Assembly (NCBI GenBank): GCA_021498095.1 | Contig: JAIZWK010000001.1 | Span: 2,310,001-2,342,000 of the forward strand | Direction of reading: 5' to 3' | Source of the DNA: Candidatus Harpocratesius repetitus | GTDB taxonomy: Archaea; Asgardarchaeota; Lokiarchaeia; Sigyniarchaeales; Promethearchaeaceae | DNA length: 32,000 nt | Shown: in pieces, positions 27,035-32,000 of the stretch | How positions within the stretch are numbered: the first letter of the stretch is position 1 | Layout: each line of letters starts with the position of its first letter | Position numbers and translations under genes: made by a program | Notes under the pieces: model-generated | Seen by the model: the letters and a program-made list of their open reading frames with translations, nothing else | Database searches by the model: none | What the model was told of the DNA's origin: nothing

Positions 27035-28309
27035 TTAAATTTGTTCCCAATCAAGTTTTTTTAACATATCTTTTAAAACTCGACCTATCAAGAAACGTTG
27101 AATGTTTCGTGAACCACCAATAACTTCTTGAATTCGACTTACATTGAGTGCTCTATCCATTCGTAAATTATCTGTATATGCAATTCCGCCACATAAATGC
27201 TGTGCTTCATAGGCAATTTTATGTGATAATTTAGAAGCAATAGTTTTTACTCCTGAACTCAGAGCGGCATTATATCTTATAAATTTATATTCAGGATGTT
27301 CTACAAATTTGCGATATTCAGTTCCCATTTGTAATCCTAAAGAAGTGGCTGCCATTAATTCAGAAAACAATTCAGTCATAGGAAATGATACTGCTTCAAA
27401 ATTATAAATTGGTTTGCCAAACTGTACACGAAGATTGGTATAGAGAAAAGCTGTAATTAAAGATAACCAACTAACTCCTAAACTGGAACCAACGATATCT
27501 CCACGTTCGGCAACTAATCCTGAGAACAAATGCTCGTATCCTTTACCACGTCCTGCGATAATATTTTCAGGAGGGATATGAACTTGATTAAATTTGGTTT
27601 GTCCAATATGAACTCGTGGTACTGCAGGAATTCCCAAACGCGCAGTTTCCAGACCTTCAAAACCGCGTTCTGCTATGGCTTGATACATAGTTTTTCTTGG
27701 TTGTTTTATGTCAGTAACTGCATAAACGATAAAATAGTCGGCTTTTGGTCCATTTGTGGTAAATATTTTTTCTCCAGTGACTGTAATTCCTGTGGGATAT
27801 TCTTCTGCTATAGTCTTCATGTTAACTGCATCTGATCCTTGTTTTGGCTCTGTAATGCAGATGCATCCGATTTTTTCTCCAGAAAGCACATCTCGTAAGA
27901 TTTGATCCATTTTCGGATTATCCTTACGATTCTGAAAAATTGGATTTGTAAAGATTAAACCAGATACAACTCGTGCAAGATCAAGCTCGGGGTCAACGAT
28001 AGAAGTTGCCATCGCCAATAATAATTCATATCTCATACCAAAATGCTTTCCTTCACCAAAAGGATTAAGTCTTTGCATATAATTCCCCTTTCCTAGAATT
28101 GGAAAGAGTTCGTATACATCTTCCGTTAAATCGATTTTTGGTTCAATTTCTGTCAGCATAAATTCTTCCACTTCTAGGAGGAACTCGTATTCTTCTGAAG
28201 AAAGTTGAGGATAAATAAATTGGTTAAAGATTTTATATATATTACGCGTGGTGATATGTTTTTTAATCTCTGGATCTATAATTTGAACACCTGGTGCTTC
28301 TTTGAACAT
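27035..28309 (-). CDS. Acyl-CoA dehydrogenase, IVD/LCAD-type catalytic arrangement
   Basis: CITEPKQGSDA, GEKIFTTNG, FGKPIYNFEAV, HLCGGIAY. Helix-G Glu in SGLVAERG (E268), and Gly at the MCAD-Glu position (EVIGGS). Confidence 0.93.
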   Translation of the reverse strand: MFKEAPGVQIIDPEIKKHITTRNIYKIFNQFIYPQLSSEEYEFLLEVEEFMLTEIEPKIDLTEDVYELFPILGKGNYMQRLNPFGEGKHFGMRYELLLAMATSIVDPELDLARVVSGLIFTNPIFQNRKDNPKMDQILRDVLSGEKIGCICITEPKQGSDAVNMKTIAEEYPTGITVTGEKIFTTNGPKADYFIVYAVTDIKQPRKTMYQAIAERGFEGLETARLGIPAVPRVHIGQTKFNQVHIPPENIIAGRGKGYEHLFSGLVAERGDIVGSSLGVSWLSLITAFLYTNLRVQFGKPIYNFEAVSFPMTELFSELMAATSLGLQMGTEYRKFVEHPEYKFIRYNAALSSGVKTIASKLSHKIAYEAQHLCGGIAYTDNLRMDRALNVSRIQEVIGGSRNIQRFLIGRVLKDMLKKLDWEQI

Positions 28310-28390
28310 CTTTATATCATCTTTTCCGTTTTGATTTTTATTTTTTTAATTTTTTTTTTGTGTTCTTTTTTTAAATTTTTACTTAAAGCT

Positions 28391-29218
28391 TTACAATCCG
28401 TCAAGTTTACCTCCATTAATAGGAATAATACATCCGTTCATGAAATATCCTCCTTCACTGCAAAGAAAGCATACTGGATCACTTACATATTTTGTTTTAC
28501 CAATACCAAATGGAATTTTACTTTCATACATATTTCGGAATTTTCCATCGTTTTTTTGAAGTAAATCTCCAATAATGGGTGTTTCAATCAAGGTAGGTTT
28601 AAGTGCATGAGCGCGAATATTATATCTATTCAATTCTTTAGCCATAGTTAATGTCATCCCCACCACACCTGCTTTAGATGCAGAATAAGCCATTTGACCC
28701 ATATTTCCATCTGCAGCCATCGAAGCTATATTCACAATTACTCGGGGTGGATTTTCTAAAACGGGTAAGTATTTTTCTCCTTTTTCAGCCGCTTTTGCTT
28801 TAGAAATCGAAATCCACTGTGTAACAACAGCTTGAGAAACGACAGCCACTCCCTTCAAATTGACTTCAAGGGTTAAATCCCATTTTTTTTCATCGAATCT
28901 ATGGATCATAAAATCTCGCAATATTCCGGCACAATTAATGAGAAAGTCAACCTCTCCCATCTCTTTAAAAACTTCGGATACTGCTGAGTCGACAAACTCT
29001 TTATCTGCCACAGATCCTTGAAAAAATCTTACTTTGTTTTCTGTCAAACCTTGTAATTCCTGGAGTGTTTTTTCCCCTTGGGTGGCATCTAAATCGAAAA
29101 TTGCGACTGATGCTCCCGATTCAACCATATCTTTTGCAATTTGCTTACCAATACCCGATGCTCCACCGGTTATAATTGCAATTTTGTTTTCAAAATTCCA
29201 CTTCATTATTGTTCTCAC
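28391..29218 (-). CDS. Classical SDR, NAD-type 3-hydroxyacyl-CoA dehydrogenase (HSD17B10/FabG-like)
   Basis: TGGASGIG, IFDLD (Asp indicating NAD), NCAGI, IVNIAS, GQMAYSASKAGVVGMTL. The start is probably ATG at 29206 after AGGTGA. Confidence 0.9.
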   Translation of the reverse strand: MRTIMKWNFENKIAIITGGASGIGKQIAKDMVESGASVAIFDLDATQGEKTLQELQGLTENKVRFFQGSVADKEFVDSAVSEVFKEMGEVDFLINCAGILRDFMIHRFDEKKWDLTLEVNLKGVAVVSQAVVTQWISISKAKAAEKGEKYLPVLENPPRVIVNIASMAADGNMGQMAYSASKAGVVGMTLTMAKELNRYNIRAHALKPTLIETPIIGDLLQKNDGKFRNMYESKIPFGIGKTKYVSDPVCFLCSEGGYFMNGCIIPINGGKLDGL

Positions 29219-29389
29219 CTTACAAAACTCACAACAATTCTAATAACTTTAATCAAGAGAATTTGTAATGATTTAAATAAAATTGCATTAAATAAATCAT
29301 ACTTGACATATTTGAGCATGAAACTTAAAAAAATTTTATGCTCTATATGGCACTTTACTTACATAAGTGCAAATAGGTGAACCTGATTA

Positions 29390-30664
29390 ATGGGAAAATT
29401 AAATCGTCGAGTAGCTTTAGTCGGTGCAGGAATGAGTCGTTTTGGTGTTCATTATCCAAAATTACGAAGTATCGATCTATGGCAAGAAGCATGGCTTGAA
29501 GCCTTAAAACTAACCGATAAAGGTATTAAACCACAAGATATTGATGAATTATTTCTCGGAAATTTTACAGCCGATTTATTTAATCATCAAGGACATATGG
29601 CACCTCAAATGGCCAATTTAATTGGGTTAAATCCCAAACCTGCATCAAGGTTTGAAGGGGCTTGTGCAAGCTCAGGTATTGCGTTTCGACAAGGGGTTAT
29701 GAGCATAGCATCAGGTGTAAATGATGTAGTATGCGTTGGTGGAGTAGAACAAATGCATGAATTAAACACTGAAGGGGTAACTGGGGCACTTGCTGCTGCA
29801 GCTGATACAACCTATGAGTATTATGCTGGAGCTACCTTTCCTGGGTTATATGCTGCAATTGCCAATGCCCATTTTCATAAATACGGCACAACTTCCAAAG
29901 ATTTAATGCGTATTGCGATTAAAGATTATGAAAATGGTAAACATAATCCCTTTGCTCAAGTTCAAAGAACCATTCCTGAAGTAATGGAAAAATACCGCAA
30001 ACGAGCGATTCAAAAAGGACAACCTGAACCAACATGGAAAGATGAATTTGAGTTTTTAGAATCATCAAAAAATCCTTTAATTGCCTCACCTTTGCGATTA
30101 TACGATTGTAGTTTAATTACAGATGGGGCAGCTATGCTCTTTTTAGCATCAGAAGAAAGAGCATACGATTTTACTGATAATCCATTATGGATTAGTGGAA
30201 TTGGGCAGGGAAGTGATTCTTTAAGTTTGCATGATCGAAAAGATGGAATAATAACATCTTTGCGCGCAACTAAAGCTGCTGCTCAACAAGCATATTCTAT
30301 GAGTGGATTATCTTCTAAAGACGTTGATATTGTTGAAGTTCATGATTGTTTCACTATTGCTGAATTAATTGCTTTAGAAGATCTTGGATTTTATGCCCCA
30401 GGTGAAGCAGCTAAAGCAATAGAACGTGGAGAAACTAAAAGAAATGGAAAATTGCCAGTTAATACAAGTGGTGGACTAAAAACCAAAGGTCATCCAGTTG
30501 GAGCTACTGGTGCAGGACAGATTGTTGAAATTTTCAAACAAATGCGAGGTTATGCAGAAGGAGAGCGCCAAGTGAAAAAACCGTTAAAAGTAGGAATGAC
30601 CCACAATCTTGGTGGTTCTGGAGCTACTGCTGTGGTGAGCCTTATCACCAAGGAGAAAATTTAG
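29390..30664 (+). CDS. Thiolase, archaeal/SCP2-type
   Basis: EGACASSG (catalytic Cys), HDCF, GHPVGATG and HNLGG are the SCP2-type signatures. AGGTGA SD upstream. Confidence 0.95.
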   Translation: MGKLNRRVALVGAGMSRFGVHYPKLRSIDLWQEAWLEALKLTDKGIKPQDIDELFLGNFTADLFNHQGHMAPQMANLIGLNPKPASRFEGACASSGIAFRQGVMSIASGVNDVVCVGGVEQMHELNTEGVTGALAAAADTTYEYYAGATFPGLYAAIANAHFHKYGTTSKDLMRIAIKDYENGKHNPFAQVQRTIPEVMEKYRKRAIQKGQPEPTWKDEFEFLESSKNPLIASPLRLYDCSLITDGAAMLFLASEERAYDFTDNPLWISGIGQGSDSLSLHDRKDGIITSLRATKAAAQQAYSMSGLSSKDVDIVEVHDCFTIAELIALEDLGFYAPGEAAKAIERGETKRNGKLPVNTSGGLKTKGHPVGATGAGQIVEIFKQMRGYAEGERQVKKPLKVGMTHNLGGSGATAVVSLITKEKI

Positions 30665-30676
30665 GGAGGTATCAAA

Positions 30677-31117
30677 ATGGCAACAACACCTATGATAACA
30701 GTTCAACAATACTTTGAATATTTACGTGAAAAGAAAGTAATGGGTGCTAAATGTCCCAAATGTGGAAATATTGATTTACCACCTCGTCGTTTATGTTCTG
30801 AATGTTTGGCTGAATCGGAATGGATGGAATTTTCCGGAAAAGGGATCATACAGACTTTTACTGCCATATATGTCGGTGCTAAAGTTATGACAAAGAAAGG
30901 TTATGATAGAAAGCATCCCTATGTCTTTGCTGTTGTAAAAATGGAGGAAGGTCCATCAGTTTCAGGTCAATTGGTGGGGATTGATGAAAGGGATCCAAAT
31001 ACTTATTATATCGGGATGCCAGTCGAAGCTACCTTTTTAAAAACTGAAATCAGAACAGATAAGGAAGGTAACCCTGTTTTTCGATGGGACATTGGATTTC
31101 AACCAGTATCTACTTAA
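30677..31117 (+). CDS. DUF35-family Zn-ribbon/OB-fold protein (thiolase partner)
   Basis: KCPKCG...PPRRLCSEC, then G.IQTFT, AVVKMEEG and IGMPVEATF. It lies 12 bp downstream of the thiolase with a GGAGGT SD. Confidence 0.93.
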   Translation: MATTPMITVQQYFEYLREKKVMGAKCPKCGNIDLPPRRLCSECLAESEWMEFSGKGIIQTFTAIYVGAKVMTKKGYDRKHPYVFAVVKMEEGPSVSGQLVGIDERDPNTYYIGMPVEATFLKTEIRTDKEGNPVFRWDIGFQPVST

Positions 31118-31124
31118 AAATTGT

Positions 31125-31240
31125 AATATTTTTTTGCTGTTGATAAGTTTTTTTACTTTGTTTATTCTACTTTGATTTTTTTACTTTGATTTTTCTTTTT
31201 TTTCTTTTTCTGCTTTTTGTTTTTTCGATATTTTCTTTTT
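31125..31240 (+). terminator. Long T-rich tract, probable terminator of the thiolase-DUF35 operon
   Basis: Multiple consecutive oligo-T runs directly after the stop at 31117. Confidence 0.4.
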
Positions 31241-31241
31241 T

Positions 31242-31646
31242 ATGTTTGATTTTCTACTTTTTTTTGCAGTTTTTAAAGGTATGAATGAATATAATTATAT
31301 GACTCAATCACAAATTGTATTGGAAAAATACCACAATTTAGAAATTGAACCTATTTTCTTTCAATCTGAATATTTATTCTGGAAAATTTCCCACACAAAG
31401 AAGGGGGATTTAAATGTGAGATTGATTACAGAAGATGGTGAGCCATTTGCTCAATTATCTGTAAATAATTTCAATCCAGGACTTGGGAAAAATCAATTCC
31501 TTTTACGCAGATCCATGGAGAATGATTCATTAATATTTTTCCTTAAGCAGAACAATTTTATCCGACCTGCAGAAACAAGCCATATAGTTAATGAAAGTAA
31601 ATTTGAAATTTGGGAAATTGCATTTTTATCTAATTATGATGAATAA
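31242..31646 (+). CDS. Hypothetical protein, DUF4313-like
   Basis: EDGEPFAQLSVN...L..NQF......LIFFLKQNNFIRP resembles from memory the DUF4313 pattern GEP.A.LTVN...FL..NG...P. The true start is probably ATG at 31281 or 31298. Confidence 0.5.
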   Translation: MFDFLLFFAVFKGMNEYNYMTQSQIVLEKYHNLEIEPIFFQSEYLFWKISHTKKGDLNVRLITEDGEPFAQLSVNNFNPGLGKNQFLLRRSMENDSLIFFLKQNNFIRPAETSHIVNESKFEIWEIAFLSNYDE

Positions 31647-32000
31647 ATATTCTTAATTATATTCTTTAGAAACGTAACAATTGGATTTCCCTTCTTTCCT
31701 GTAAATATCACACGTTGAGTCGATCTTGTTATTCCTACGTATAATAATTGACGTTTCTCACGAGTATCATAGTTATCAACCTCAGGAATAATAACTATGT
31801 CAAATTCTAAACCTTTAGCACTATATGGGGTAATTAGAAGAACTTGCTCCCGAGAACCATTCCATCTTTTCGTAGGTGTCCAATATATATTCTTTTCATT
31901 AAATATTTCAATAATTGGATGATTATATTGATGTTTAGAAAGATTTTGTAGATTTAAAATAACAGTTGATTTTGAAAAATGATTGAATTTCTGAATTTGT
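31634..32000 (-). CDS. Superfamily 1 (UvrD/Rep-like) helicase, C-terminal fragment; 5' part outside window
   Basis: Not in the ORF track. The frame from 31999 is open to TAA at 31636-31634: ...LLITPYSAKGLEFDIVIIPEVD...RQLLYVGITRSTQRV (SF1 motifs V and VI). Confidence 0.9.
   Translation of the reverse strand, partial: QIQKFNHFSKSTVILNLQNLSKHQYNHPIIEIFNEKNIYWTPTKRWNGSREQVLLITPYSAKGLEFDIVIIPEVDNYDTREKRQLLYVGITRSTQRVIFTGKKGNPIVTFLKNIIKNIYSS

Noticed and set aside
27530-29380. Plus-strand ORFs 27530-27835, 28205-28564, 29034-29243 and 29141-29380
   Set aside because: They are antisense to or overlap the ACAD and SDR genes, and have low-complexity translations with no motifs.
1-32000. CRISPR arrays, tRNA/rRNA genes and SECIS elements
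   Set aside because: I saw no regularly spaced repeat-spacer units, no GC-rich structured RNA segments and no Sec codon needing a SECIS. A covariance-model search would be needed to exclude small ncRNAs.

Overview
AT-rich archaeal chromosomal window. Shine-Dalgarno motifs of the GGTGA/GAGGTG type, thiolase+DUF35, HdrABC-MvhD, tungsten-type AOR and large signal-peptide/C-terminal-anchor proteins together suggest an Asgard (Lokiarchaeia-like) host; this taxonomy is inference only. Four blocks are visible. (1) 1.3-12.0 kb: a redox cluster in which a FwdF-like polyferredoxin and a TPR-HdrB fusion (minus strand) diverge from hdrC (112-aa Lys-rich tail), hdrA, mvhD, a GNAT-like ORF, aor and a 4x[4Fe-4S] subunit. 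No hydrogenase or formate dehydrogenase is in the window. (2) 12.07-16.4 kb: a decaying accessory island with an IS4-superfamily remnant, a 1554-bp TIR-bounded DDE element that fits no single IS family I recognise, a broken surface-protein gene and a truncated FtsX permease. (3) 16.6-23.6 kb: a membrane-tethered winged-helix regulator followed by a 2080-aa alpha-2-macroglobulin/TEP-family protein with an intact GCVEQ thioester motif, a signal peptide, a C-terminal TM anchor and a cytoplasmic tail. (4) 23.8-31.1 kb: a short/branched-chain acyl-CoA module (PrpE/Acs-like ligase, AEC transporter, IVD-type acyl-CoA dehydrogenase, NAD-type SDR, SCP2-type thiolase, DUF35). Partial aldo-keto reductase and UvrD-like helicase genes missing from the ORF track lie at the two edges. 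The best candidates for undescribed biology are the membrane-anchored thioester protein with its adjacent membrane-bound regulator, and the Hdr complex with TPR and poly-Lys appendages linked to AOR. All family calls come from motifs read by eye; no searches were run.
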